In this document: in pieces, positions 35,157-44,787 of the stretch
Layout of the letters: every line of letters starts with the position of its first letter
Position numbering within the stretch: position 1 is the stretch's first letter
Source: a virus
Taxonomy: Duplodnaviria > Caudoviricetes
DNA length: 53,238 nucleotides
Virus record (IMG/VR): IMGVR_UViG_3300048009_000062
Coordinates: 1-53,238 of that record
Reading direction: 5' to 3' (one strand)
The notes under the pieces: generated by a model
Told to the model about the DNA's origin: nothing
The model's database searches: none
Seen by the model: only the letters and a program-made list of their open reading frames with translations
Translations under genes and position numbers: made by a program

Positions 35157-35441
35157 ATGTCCCTTAATTTATACTATATCAGAGCCGCAATAGAAGCTCG
35201 AACAGGACAGAGGTTGTCCTTTGATAAAATAAAGCAGTACCTTGTAGAAGAACAGTTAATTACTGAGCAAGAGATAAAAGCTAACCCTATGGCGCATGAG
35301 TTTGCAGGGTATGGCAGATACTACTTCTACACCCCTGAAACCAAGAACGACTTTACTGTCGCTGTACCCAATGACCCTAAGTCTTATTTAAATAGAGATG
35401 CTAGGGAATACTTTGTAGAGGAAGAATTTGATGAAATCTAA
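35157..35441 (+). CDS. Hypothetical protein
   Basis: ORF after promoter, AGGA RBS. Confidence 0.7.
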   Translation: MSLNLYYIRAAIEARTGQRLSFDKIKQYLVEEQLITEQEIKANPMAHEFAGYGRYYFYTPETKNDFTVAVPNDPKSYLNRDAREYFVEEEFDEI

Positions 35442-35616
35442 AATGGCAAACTGTGGAGCCAGTGTACCACCTGCAAATATGTATGGTGGAGGAATGGCTA
35501 TGAAGAAAAAGAAGAAGAAGTCTATGTCTTACAACATGGGCGGTATGCCTATGAAGACGAAGAAGAAAGAAAACATGGGCATGGCGCGTGGAAACATGGG
35601 CATCAAGAACAAGTAG
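35428..35616 (+). CDS. Small Lys/Met/Gly-rich protein
   Basis: NCGAS, MYGGGMA, YNMGGM, poly-K. Confidence 0.65.
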   Translation: MMKSKMANCGASVPPANMYGGGMAMKKKKKKSMSYNMGGMPMKTKKKENMGMARGNMGIKNK

Positions 35617-35652
35617 TTCTTATTGTCACCAACTAAGACCAAGGACTGATAA

Positions 35653-36102
35653 ATGTTAGCGGAACTAGCTGCCTGTTCAGCGGCATACAGCACTATCAAG
35701 AAGGCTATACAGCAGGGCAGGGAGCTAGTGGATGTAGGTAAATCCATTGGAACCTTTGTCTCTGCAGAAGAAGATCTAAAGGCAAAAGTTGAGAAGAAGA
35801 AGAACAGCGTATTTACTAAGGTCTTAGGTAAGGCAGGAGATGACTTCGAAGAGTTTCTTGCATTAGATAAACTAAAGGAACAAAAGCGTGAGTTAGAGTC
35901 TCATATGAGATTATATGCAAGACCCGGAATGTATGATGATTGGGTGGCTTATCAGGCTCAGATGAGGAGACAGCGCAAGGAAGCCCTTAGAATAAAGCAG
36001 AAGGAAGCAGAAGAACTTAGAGAGATGCTAACTTGGATTTTCATTGTTGTAGTTATCTGGGGCGGTATTTGTGGTGTTGCATATTGGTGGTTTTTTAGTT
36101 AA
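35653..36102 (+). CDS. Coiled-coil protein with C-terminal TM helix
   Basis: 149 aa; hydrophobic C-terminus. Confidence 0.7.
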   Translation: MLAELAACSAAYSTIKKAIQQGRELVDVGKSIGTFVSAEEDLKAKVEKKKNSVFTKVLGKAGDDFEEFLALDKLKEQKRELESHMRLYARPGMYDDWVAYQAQMRRQRKEALRIKQKEAEELREMLTWIFIVVVIWGGICGVAYWWFFS

Positions 36103-36272
36103 TGTGGTTTCTAGTTTGGTTACAGTTCATGCATGGTGAGTTTGAATATTATCATATTGCTACATATGGATCTAAAGAAATATGTCAGGCAGAATTACTT
36201 AAATCCAAAGTTCTTATTACAAACTCAGCCAGTTCAGTAGAATGTTTTGAGGTAGATCGCGGTGGCAACTAG
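36102..36272 (+). CDS. Small hypothetical protein (56 aa)
   Basis: MWFLVWLQF...C...C; TAATG coupling. Confidence 0.55.
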   Translation: MWFLVWLQFMHGEFEYYHIATYGSKEICQAELLKSKVLITNSASSVECFEVDRGGN

Positions 36273-36507
36273 AATAAACAAAGCTAAGATGGCCTGTAAC
36301 AAACCCCGTAGAACTTCGGGTGGGTCCAAGAAGTTTGTGGTCAAGGCCTGTAAGAATGGCAAAGAGAAGATAATTCGCTTCGGGGACCCAAATATGAAAA
36401 TTAAGAAGAGCAATCCTAAGAGGCGTAAGTCTTTCAGAGCTAGGCACAAGTGTGACACAGCCAAGGATAAATTTACAGCAAGATATTGGTCCTGCAAGAA
36501 GTGGTGA
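36262..36507 (+). CDS. Conserved small basic phage protein
   Basis: KIIRFGDPNM...RRKSFRARHKC...ARYWSC..W. Confidence 0.75.
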   Translation: MATRINKAKMACNKPRRTSGGSKKFVVKACKNGKEKIIRFGDPNMKIKKSNPKRRKSFRARHKCDTAKDKFTARYWSCKKW

Positions 36508-36511
36508 TATA

Positions 36512-36733
36512 ATGGGAAAAGAACAAAAGCATTATAAAAGAGATGGCACACTCTATACAGGTGGCACTCACAAGATGTCTAACGGAACTCTGCATACAGG
36601 TAAGAACCACACAGCAAACAGCCAGAAGTTGTTTCACATGAAAGACCTTAGTCAAAAAGCCCAAAAGAAAGCAAAATCAAAGATGAGTGCTTATGTTGGT
36701 GGCATGGCTATGAAGAAAAAGAAGAAGACCTAG
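36512..36733 (+). CDS. Small basic His-rich protein
   Basis: Start at ATG 36512; HY..DG..Y.G.THKM.NG.LHTGK.H. Confidence 0.7.
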   Translation: MGKEQKHYKRDGTLYTGGTHKMSNGTLHTGKNHTANSQKLFHMKDLSQKAQKKAKSKMSAYVGGMAMKKKKKT

Positions 36734-36734
36734 T

Positions 36735-36926
36735 ATGGCTGCTAGAGTTAAGAAGAAGTCTACCCCTAAGAAGAAGGCTACTAAGAAGGATGCCTGTTAC
36801 CATAAAGTAAAGAGGGCGTACACCAAGAATGGTGGAACGTGGCCTTCAGCGTATGGTTCAGGGGCCTTAGTAAAATGTAGGAAAGTAGGGGCTAAGAATT
36901 GGGGCAAGAAGAGTAGGGCAACTTAA
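36735..36926 (+). CDS. Conserved small basic phage protein
   Basis: KKDACY.KVK...WPSAY.SGALVKCRK. Confidence 0.7.
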   Translation: MAARVKKKSTPKKKATKKDACYHKVKRAYTKNGGTWPSAYGSGALVKCRKVGAKNWGKKSRAT

Positions 36927-36927
36927 T

Positions 36928-37053
36928 ATGGGCAGATTAACTAAGAAGCAGCAAAAGATTGCAAAGGCTGCTCCTCCTAAAAACAAGATAACTGGTGCAG
37001 ACTTTTCAAAGCTAAGAAAGCGCAAAACTAATGGCGGCAAGAAAAAAGTCTAA
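36928..37053 (+). CDS. Small basic protein (41 aa)
   Basis: MGRLTKKQQKIAKAAPPKNKITGADFSKLRK. Confidence 0.6.
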   Translation: MGRLTKKQQKIAKAAPPKNKITGADFSKLRKRKTNGGKKKV

Positions 37054-37258
37054 CAGCTTAAAGACTTGGTTTTCACAGAATAACGGCAAGGGGTGGGTGG
37101 ACTGCAAGACAGGAAAACCCTGTGGACGTAAATCTAGAACTAAGAGTAAAAGGGGCTACCCTGCCTGTAGGCCTACGATGGCTCAGTGTAAGACTGCTAA
37201 AGCTAAGACAGCCGCAAAGAAGAAGACTTCTAAGAAGAGAGTAAATTGGAAAAAGTAG
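37031..37258 (+). CDS. Conserved small basic phage protein
   Basis: LKTWF...WVD.KTGKPCGR...YPACRP. Confidence 0.7.
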   Translation: MAARKKSNSLKTWFSQNNGKGWVDCKTGKPCGRKSRTKSKRGYPACRPTMAQCKTAKAKTAAKKKTSKKRVNWKK

Positions 37259-37380
37259 TTAAAAGCTACCAAGTCATACAAAAAGATAATGGAAAATATG
37301 TAGTGTATGATAGTGAAGGTAAAGTAGTGATAGTGACCACCTCAAAGAGTATTTGCAAGAAACTTGCGGAGGATAAATAA
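37246..37380 (+). CDS. Possible small protein (44 aa)
   Basis: TTG start, fills gap; KYVVYD..GKVVI.T. Confidence 0.45.
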   Translation: MEKVVKSYQVIQKDNGKYVVYDSEGKVVIVTTSKSICKKLAEDK

Positions 37381-37578
37381 ATGATCTTTGGAGTGTTAAT
37401 GGCTTGTATGAACCCTGTGGATGCATCTTCTTGCACAGTGGTTTTTTATGACCAACAACAATTTACAACTATGCAGGAATGTCAGGCCCAGATGAATGAC
37501 TTTGCCAGATATGCTGCTACAAACTATAGACTAATTACTAGGCCTTACTGTTTTGAGGCTCCCGACCACTCAGTATAA
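37381..37578 (+). CDS. Small Cys-containing exported-like protein
   Basis: GGAGG RBS; hydrophobic N-terminus, four Cys. Confidence 0.65.
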   Translation: MIFGVLMACMNPVDASSCTVVFYDQQQFTTMQECQAQMNDFARYAATNYRLITRPYCFEAPDHSV

Positions 37579-37589
37579 GGACCACGACC

Positions 37590-37856
37590 ATGACCGAAGA
37601 CCGACTAAATCGTATTGAGAAGCATCTAGATAAAATGTCTGCCGCTATGGTTGACATGGCCCGTATGGAAGAGCGTATGGTTACTGCGTTTAAACGTATG
37701 GATAATATAGTTGAATATCAAAAGAAAGCAGATGACCGACTTGATGAGATGGAAAAACAGGCCATAGCCAGAGGACAGAAGATAGCTTTTGCAGAACGTA
37801 TATTCTGGATGGTTTGTACTGGGGCAGTCGGTCTTGCATTTGTTTATTTAAGGTAG
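37590..37856 (+). CDS. Coiled-coil protein with C-terminal TM (holin/hemolysin XhlA-like candidate)
   Basis: RLNRIEKHLD coiled coil plus TM; RBS TAAGGACCA. Confidence 0.55.
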   Translation: MTEDRLNRIEKHLDKMSAAMVDMARMEERMVTAFKRMDNIVEYQKKADDRLDEMEKQAIARGQKIAFAERIFWMVCTGAVGLAFVYLR

Positions 37857-37860
37857 TAAA

Positions 37861-38262
37861 ATGGACGATAAGAAAGAATTAACAGAGAAACAGGCTTTAT
37901 TTCTAGAACTTCTTATGGCCCCTGAGATACGGGGAGATATAAGACGCGCCATGAGAGAAGCAGGTTATGCCGACACCACCAGTATTAATTCAGTGGTAGG
38001 GCCTCTACAAAAGGAAATCAATGAGAAGGCATCTATGTTACTAGCCATGAACGCCCCACGAGCCGCTTGGGGAATGGTAGATGTTTTAAATGACCCTGCA
38101 GCAATGGGAGCCAGAAACTCTATAGCAGCAGCTTCTCAGATACTAGACCGCACTGGGTTGATTAAGAAAGAACAAATTGAAGTAAACAATACAGGCGGTG
38201 CGATGTTTATACTCCCACCGAAAAACGACAGTGACAATCTGGTTGAACAAGACGAGGCCTAA
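37861..38262 (+). CDS. terS: Terminase small subunit
   Basis: LTEKQ..FL...A...AGYA; AA..ILDR.G; upstream of TerL. Confidence 0.75.
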   Translation: MDDKKELTEKQALFLELLMAPEIRGDIRRAMREAGYADTTSINSVVGPLQKEINEKASMLLAMNAPRAAWGMVDVLNDPAAMGARNSIAAASQILDRTGLIKKEQIEVNNTGGAMFILPPKNDSDNLVEQDEA

Positions 38263-40105
38263 CAAAACTGCTAAGATACCTTATGCTTATAAGGCTTCAG
38301 AAGATGATCCACTAGTACTGGTTCCCGATGAAGAAAAGGCAGTGTTTGTTGAAGAGGCGCTAGACTATCTGGAACAGGGACATTCCTCCAGAAAAGCTGC
38401 AGCGTGGTTGGCTTCTAAGACAGGTGATAAAATAAGTCACCAAGGATTGATACATATATGGCGTGACCGTAGAGGTAAGGAGTCAGACAACCCCTCAAAA
38501 GTTTTGGCGCAGAGAGACAAAGACAACCGCAAACGTAAGCCTAAGACTTCTAAAGATAAGAAGATGGCTGCAGCCAAACGTAAGCAGACAGATGCAAAGC
38601 GTAGGCTTACAATGGCTAAGAAGAAGCTAGATGAGCTTACGCCCAAAGAAGAGACTGTTACTGAAAGTTTAGATTTTTCAGTAATCAAGTCAAAGCAACA
38701 AGAACAAGAGGTAGTATTTTCTCCCAATGCAGGGCCGCAGACAGAGTTCCTTGCAGCGTCAGAAAGAGAAGTACTATATGGTGGAGCCGCAGGTGGGGGC
38801 AAGAGTTACGGCCTACTTGCTGATCCTATGCGTTATTTTGATAATCCTAATTTTAATGGGCTTATTCTTAGACGGACTAACGATGAACTTAGGGAGCTAA
38901 TATTTAAATCTCAGGGATTATACCCAAGAGCATTTAAGGGCGCTAAGTGGCAGGAGAAGAAGTCTCAGTGGACATTTCCCAGTGGGGCTAAACTATGGCT
39001 TACCTATCTAGAGCGTGACCAAGACGTACTACGTTATCAAGGTCAGTCATTTAGTTATATAGCTGTAGATGAGTTGACTCAATATGCCACTAGCTTTGCG
39101 TGGAATTACCTTCGCTCACGGCTTCGTACTACAGATTCTACGTTACCTATATATATGAGGGCTACTACTAACCCCGGAGGTATAGGACATGGATGGGTAA
39201 AAAGAACCTTTATTGATCCTGCCCCCTCTAACAGAAAGTTTATAGCCACCAACATAGAAACGGGAGAAGAGTTAGTATACCCAGAAGGACACGCCAAGGA
39301 AGGAGAGCCACTATTTTACCGTAGGTTTATACCTGCTAGTTTGCAGGATAATCCATACCTCATGGAGAGTGGTCAGTATGAGGCTAACTTGCTATCTCTA
39401 CCAGAGATGCAGCGTAGGCAGTTATTAGAAGGTGATTGGGGAGTAGCAGATGGAGCAGCTTTTCCAGAGTTTAGGCAAAAAGATCACGTTGTTGAACCAT
39501 ATGATATTCCGACTGATTGGACCAGATTCAGGTCATGTGATTATGGCTATTCTAGTTTTAGCTCAGTTCATTGGTTTGCTATTGACCCTTCGTACGACAC
39601 CTTAGTTTGTTACAGAGAACTATATGTGTCTAAACACACAGGCCGTGATTTAGCCAGAGCCGTAATGGAAGCTGAAGGCGGTGAGAAGATACAGTACGGA
39701 GTACTAGATAGCTCTTGTTGGCATCAACGAGGGCAAATTGGCCCATCTATAGCAGAGGAAATGATATCTCAGGGATGTAGGTGGAGGCCTAGTGATAGAA
39801 GTAATGGATCTAGGGCAGCAGGTAAAAACAGATTACATGAGCTTCTTAAAGTAGATGAAGTAACAGGAATAGCAGGAATACAATTTTTTAACACCTGTAG
39901 GCAAGTTATAGCAGATTTACCTATAATTCCTTCGGACCCTAAAGGTGGAGATGACATTGACGCTAGAACTTCTCAACAGAGGCATACATACGACTCAATT
40001 CGGTATGCAGCAATGAGCCGACCAAAGGCATTTTCTCCCTTTGATATGGGCAACGGCATACCTCAACAAAGTTGGCAACCTGCCGACCCAATTTTTGGAT
40101 ACTAA
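38231..40105 (+). CDS. terL: Terminase large subunit with N-terminal DNA-binding-like extension
   Basis: GGAAGGGKS, IAVDELTQ, ATTNPGG, DNPYL, DYGY nuclease motif; probable GTG start 38231. Confidence 0.92.
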   Translation: MTIWLNKTRPNKTAKIPYAYKASEDDPLVLVPDEEKAVFVEEALDYLEQGHSSRKAAAWLASKTGDKISHQGLIHIWRDRRGKESDNPSKVLAQRDKDNRKRKPKTSKDKKMAAAKRKQTDAKRRLTMAKKKLDELTPKEETVTESLDFSVIKSKQQEQEVVFSPNAGPQTEFLAASEREVLYGGAAGGGKSYGLLADPMRYFDNPNFNGLILRRTNDELRELIFKSQGLYPRAFKGAKWQEKKSQWTFPSGAKLWLTYLERDQDVLRYQGQSFSYIAVDELTQYATSFAWNYLRSRLRTTDSTLPIYMRATTNPGGIGHGWVKRTFIDPAPSNRKFIATNIETGEELVYPEGHAKEGEPLFYRRFIPASLQDNPYLMESGQYEANLLSLPEMQRRQLLEGDWGVADGAAFPEFRQKDHVVEPYDIPTDWTRFRSCDYGYSSFSSVHWFAIDPSYDTLVCYRELYVSKHTGRDLARAVMEAEGGEKIQYGVLDSSCWHQRGQIGPSIAEEMISQGCRWRPSDRSNGSRAAGKNRLHELLKVDEVTGIAGIQFFNTCRQVIADLPIIPSDPKGGDDIDARTSQQRHTYDSIRYAAMSRPKAFSPFDMGNGIPQQSWQPADPIFGY

Positions 40106-40107
40106 AT

Positions 40108-42219
40108 ATGGCATTAATGGACAAACCTTTACCTGAAGACGCAATAGACACTAGTTTAGCTATGTCTGTAGAAGAAGATGGTAACGCAGAAGAGCAAAAT
40201 ATTGAGCTTTCTAACACAGTTGCCTACATAAAAAGTCAATATGAACGAGCAAAAGACGCTAGGTTGTCTGATGAAGATCGTTGGCTAGATGCATATAGAA
40301 ATTATAGGGGGGTTTATAGCTCTGAAGTACAATTTACAGAGACTGAGAAGTCAAAGGCATTTATCAAAGTAACTAAGACTAAAGTTTTAGCCGCATATGC
40401 TCAAGTTGTAGACGTATTGTTTGCAGGATCAAAGTTTCCTATTGGAATTGAGGCTAGGAAGTTTCCAAATAACGTAGAAGACACGGTATCTTACAACCCA
40501 AACAGGCTTACTGAGAAAAAAGTTAAAGACCAGACTAATCTAGACTACAAAATTCCTCTAAATATAAGCAGACCCGACATTGCTAAAGATTTAGGAGTGT
40601 ATGAAGATAAGTTAACTCCTATTGCAGACGAATTAGAGGTAGATACTTCTAACATTCAAGGCTCAATGGTATTTGAACCTGCCAAGGTAGCTGCACAGCG
40701 CATGGAAAAGCTGATGCACGACCAATTGGACGAGTCAGAAGCCCCTAAACACCTAAGATCGGTAGCATTTGAGACTTGCCTCTTTGGTACAGGGGTAATG
40801 AAAGGGCCATTTGCACAATCTAAAGAATATCCCCGTTGGAATGAAGACGGTGAGTATGATCCTATAATGGAAACTATTCCAAAGATGGAATATGTGTCTA
40901 TATGGGACTTTTACCCAGATCCTGATGCCAGAAATATGTCTGAAGCTGAGTTTACTATTCAACGCCACAGGCTTAATCGCTCACAGCTACGAAACCTTAA
41001 AAAACGTCCACACTTCAGAGAGGATTCTATAGAATTAGCTATTGAGTATGGGGCTGACTACTACCGTAGCTACTGGGAAGATGCACTAGAAGAAGACAGC
41101 GTATCTGAACAGATGGATCGCTTTGAAGTCTTAGAATACTGGGGAGTTCTTGATAACGAATTAGCTGAAGAAGCTGACCTAGAGTTACCAGATGAATTAG
41201 CAGAACAAGATCAAGTACAAGTAAACATATGGGTGTGTAATGGACAGATACTGAGACTAGTATTAAATCCGTTTACTCCTAGCCGTATTCCATATCTATC
41301 AGTCCCATACGAACTAAATCCTTACTCATTCTTTGGCATAGGTGTTGCCGAAAATATGACTGATACGCAGTTATTGATGAATGGCTTTATGCGAATGGCT
41401 GTAGATAATGGGGCCTTATCTGGTAACTTACTTATCGAAGTAGATGAAACTAACTTAGTACCCGGTCAAGATCTACAGGTATATCCGGGCAAAGTCTTTA
41501 GGAGACAGGCAGGAGCCCCCGGACAAGCTATCTTTGGAACCAAGTTTCCGAACGTAAGCCAAGAGCTTTTGATGATGTTTGATAAGTCTAGGCAGTTAGC
41601 TGATGAGGCTACTGGTATACCTAGCTACTCACATGGTTCAGGGGCCGTAGGTGGGGTAGGACGAACTGCTTCAGGTATGTCTATGCTCATGGGGGCTGCA
41701 GCGCAAAACATTAAAGCCGTAGTTAGAAACATTGATGACTACCTGCTAGGTCCTCTAGGCAAAAGTCTATTTGCATTCAATATGCAGTTTAACTTTGATA
41801 AAGAATTTACTGGAGACTTGGACGTAAAGGCCAGAGGCACAGAAAGTCTGATGCGAAACGAAGTTCGTAGTCAACGCCTACTACAGTTTATGCAAATGAC
41901 TGCTAATCCACAGATGGCTCCATTTGTTAAGTATGACTTCATCTTACGAGAACTGGCTTCCAGTATGGACCTAGATGAAGACAAGATACTTAATGATCCA
42001 CGGGAAGCCGCAATACAACAGAAGATGATGGCAGAGATACAGGCTATGATGCCTCAACAACCACAGCCGCCTACTCCCCCCGTTCCTGAAGGCGCAGGTA
42101 CACCACAAGCCCCTACACCTGATACTCAAGGATTTACGGGAACAGGTGGTGGAGCCAATGGTGGTAACGCCCCACAGCCAGATCAACCCCCACCCACAGC
42201 TAATGAGGTAATCCAATGA
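40108..42219 (+). CDS. Portal protein
   Basis: Follows TerL; GTGVMKGP, WDFYPDP, RTASGMSMLM; Pro/Gln tail; start at ATG 40108. Confidence 0.88.
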   Translation: MALMDKPLPEDAIDTSLAMSVEEDGNAEEQNIELSNTVAYIKSQYERAKDARLSDEDRWLDAYRNYRGVYSSEVQFTETEKSKAFIKVTKTKVLAAYAQVVDVLFAGSKFPIGIEARKFPNNVEDTVSYNPNRLTEKKVKDQTNLDYKIPLNISRPDIAKDLGVYEDKLTPIADELEVDTSNIQGSMVFEPAKVAAQRMEKLMHDQLDESEAPKHLRSVAFETCLFGTGVMKGPFAQSKEYPRWNEDGEYDPIMETIPKMEYVSIWDFYPDPDARNMSEAEFTIQRHRLNRSQLRNLKKRPHFREDSIELAIEYGADYYRSYWEDALEEDSVSEQMDRFEVLEYWGVLDNELAEEADLELPDELAEQDQVQVNIWVCNGQILRLVLNPFTPSRIPYLSVPYELNPYSFFGIGVAENMTDTQLLMNGFMRMAVDNGALSGNLLIEVDETNLVPGQDLQVYPGKVFRRQAGAPGQAIFGTKFPNVSQELLMMFDKSRQLADEATGIPSYSHGSGAVGGVGRTASGMSMLMGAAAQNIKAVVRNIDDYLLGPLGKSLFAFNMQFNFDKEFTGDLDVKARGTESLMRNEVRSQRLLQFMQMTANPQMAPFVKYDFILRELASSMDLDEDKILNDPREAAIQQKMMAEIQAMMPQQPQPPTPPVPEGAGTPQAPTPDTQGFTGTGGGANGGNAPQPDQPPPTANEVIQ

Positions 42220-42268
42220 CGTACTGCAAATCGTGTAAGACAAAAATGAAATGCAAGAAGGCAGATAA

Positions 42269-42502
42269 GTGTCACAACAAAAAGTAATGGGCAAAGAATT
42301 TTATAGGTCTTTGTTGCCCCTAGTAAATGACAAAGATTACTTTGATATCCTAGTAGAGTATGCAGACCAGAGGATTGAGGTTTTGCGTACTTTATTAGAA
42401 ACCTCTAAAGACCCTAGTCGCATCCTAGAAATACAAGGCTCTATAACAGAGCTTCGCAGGATAGCTACTCTTAGACATGAAACTCTTAAAGGTGCAGAAT
42501 GA
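42269..42502 (+). CDS. Conserved small protein downstream of portal
   Basis: QG.I.ELRR motif; start may be ATG 42287. Confidence 0.65.
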   Translation: MSQQKVMGKEFYRSLLPLVNDKDYFDILVEYADQRIEVLRTLLETSKDPSRILEIQGSITELRRIATLRHETLKGAE

Positions 42503-44787
42503 AATTTACTGACCTTCTACAACAATCTGATGCCCCCGTTCAGGATGATACTATTATGGGAGGTACTGCCGAAGATTGGCAGAAGGAAGCCGAAAAATAT
42601 ATAGAAGATTTTGGCGCACCCTCTGAGATTACTTGGAAAGATGTAGGTAACGTAGTTGCAGACTTTACCCCCATCATTGGTGATATTAAAGGTGGATATG
42701 AGACAGTACAGTTTATTGGAGATGAGCTAGATAAAGAAAATCCTAATTACTACCTAATTGGAGCCTTGGGTGGGCTAGGAGCAGTAGCTACTATTGTTGG
42801 ATTAGTTCCGGGGGCAGGTGACATTGCACAGAAGGCTATTATGTCTGGGGCTAGGATGGCTGCAGATAGAGCCAACAAACTTGTAGACGCTCTTCCAGAG
42901 TATGATCCTAATACAGTGGGTTCTAACCTTGGTAATGTATTTACAGGTAAGGCAACTAAAGAAGAATTAGACCCTGTACGTCTGACGGGTAGTTCTAAAG
43001 GGTTCTATAAAAATAAAGCTCCCAATTATGTTCCTGATATTGATGTACAGTCTACTGATCAGGGATTACTAATGCCTAAGAAGGCTTTAAAAATTGAAGA
43101 TTTAAAAGGTTCTAAACTTATACCTCTTTTAGCTGACAGAACAGATGCAGGTAAAGTTCTTACAGGGCTTAGAGGTGGGGCAAGAGATTATGATTTTGAG
43201 GTTCCCATAGACCTTGAAGGTGGTAGAGGATTTATGAGAAATCCTTATACTGGAGCTTTTGCTTCTATGGAAAGTGTTATGAAGTCTCAAGCAAAAGAAG
43301 CGGCTGAGATAGGTAGAGAAGGATTTGACGCAAAAGCTATCTATATGTCTATGAGTCCTGAAGGCGGTGACTTTAGTACGATGATGAGTGACGTTGTTAT
43401 TGAGATGATGAAGCAGTCCCCCATCAAGAAGAAAGATATGAACCAATTAACTAAGTGGGTAAAAACAAATGTAGACCCTAACTTTATTGGATTTGATAAT
43501 TTAGATGATGCTAAAAAATATTTAAAAGAAAATGTTGTAGGTACAAGAAGACAGCTTATTTGGAAAGAATTAGACAAGGGGGACTATGTTGATAAAGGGT
43601 TCCCAACAATGGGGGATGCCAGAGTAGCTATAAGTGATCCTGAGTTATTAATAAGTCCAAACCTTCAGGGAACTTCAGTAGCTAATTTTGATACTTCAGG
43701 AAAATTAATCACAGGCCCAGTACAACGACATAGTACATATGATTCTCAAATAGGACCTACGGGGGCTGCAGGGTACGCAGGAGAGTTAGAAGCCGTTCCT
43801 TATGAAATATTAATGAGGGATTTCTTTGAATCTCGCAGAGCTAATAACATACCTTCCTCTGGGGATCAGAGGTCATTAACAATGTCTAATATTTCTTCCG
43901 AAGTAGATGATCAAATGATTGAGGAAGTTAATCAATATATTAATTTAATAGAACAAGCCGAAAAAGATTTATACATAGACAATATTTCTAAGACACGACA
44001 AGACCGAAAGATTTATAAATTTGGTGATAATGGGGGACCACCTCTAAATGATCCACCTCTGACTAATCAAATGGATGCTGCTTTTGCAGATGAATTAGAA
44101 ATAGGCACAAGTCAATTTAATGTAGAAAATCCAGATGTTGTATTAAAAAATCATACTTTAGATGATTTAGAGGCAATTGATTTAAGTAGAAGTACTGCAG
44201 GAGGTCCTAAAAAGAATGTTAAAATAGGAGCCATAGTAAAAGAAGGTGAAGAAAAATCTATCAGGTTGAATTTAAGCTCAAAAATAGACCCAGATGGCCC
44301 CCCTGCACCATTTAATAGATTACAGACTGTCCATCCTATTAGATCAAACGGAACTCCTAATTATAGTGAGGCTGAGTCGTATTTACCTGCAGTTACAGTT
44401 ACAGATGGCACATTTCATGTAGACCAAGGCAAAAGAAGAGCTATAGCTGAAGATGGTAAAAAAGTACCTGCTATGTCTGTGCAAGGTAATTTTACCTCTC
44501 AAAGAAATGTTCTTAATGAAATGGATGATACGGTTGTTGAAGTAGGTATTAATCCTTTTGATAAACATCTTTTTATTGATATGAGAACAGGACAGGCAGT
44601 TAAAGGATTTGATATTGCCACAGTCTACAGAGATAGAGTTTATGCCAAAGGGGTAACCTACTGGAAAAAATCAGAAGCCCCTAAACCTTTACCTGCAAAA
44701 GGTGATGCAGAAATTGTAAATCAAGTAAGATATAAATTTAACAAGGGCGGTCTAGTAACGGGCCTAATGTCCCCAGAGGAGATATAA
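42499..44787 (+). CDS. Large multidomain head-module protein (possible packaged effector)
   Basis: Pre-toxin-TG-like DFTPIIGD.K...VPGAGD segment, two globular regions, C-terminal FNKGGLV. Confidence 0.6.
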   Translation: MKFTDLLQQSDAPVQDDTIMGGTAEDWQKEAEKYIEDFGAPSEITWKDVGNVVADFTPIIGDIKGGYETVQFIGDELDKENPNYYLIGALGGLGAVATIVGLVPGAGDIAQKAIMSGARMAADRANKLVDALPEYDPNTVGSNLGNVFTGKATKEELDPVRLTGSSKGFYKNKAPNYVPDIDVQSTDQGLLMPKKALKIEDLKGSKLIPLLADRTDAGKVLTGLRGGARDYDFEVPIDLEGGRGFMRNPYTGAFASMESVMKSQAKEAAEIGREGFDAKAIYMSMSPEGGDFSTMMSDVVIEMMKQSPIKKKDMNQLTKWVKTNVDPNFIGFDNLDDAKKYLKENVVGTRRQLIWKELDKGDYVDKGFPTMGDARVAISDPELLISPNLQGTSVANFDTSGKLITGPVQRHSTYDSQIGPTGAAGYAGELEAVPYEILMRDFFESRRANNIPSSGDQRSLTMSNISSEVDDQMIEEVNQYINLIEQAEKDLYIDNISKTRQDRKIYKFGDNGGPPLNDPPLTNQMDAAFADELEIGTSQFNVENPDVVLKNHTLDDLEAIDLSRSTAGGPKKNVKIGAIVKEGEEKSIRLNLSSKIDPDGPPAPFNRLQTVHPIRSNGTPNYSEAESYLPAVTVTDGTFHVDQGKRRAIAEDGKKVPAMSVQGNFTSQRNVLNEMDDTVVEVGINPFDKHLFIDMRTGQAVKGFDIATVYRDRVYAKGVTYWKKSEAPKPLPAKGDAEIVNQVRYKFNKGGLVTGLMSPEEI

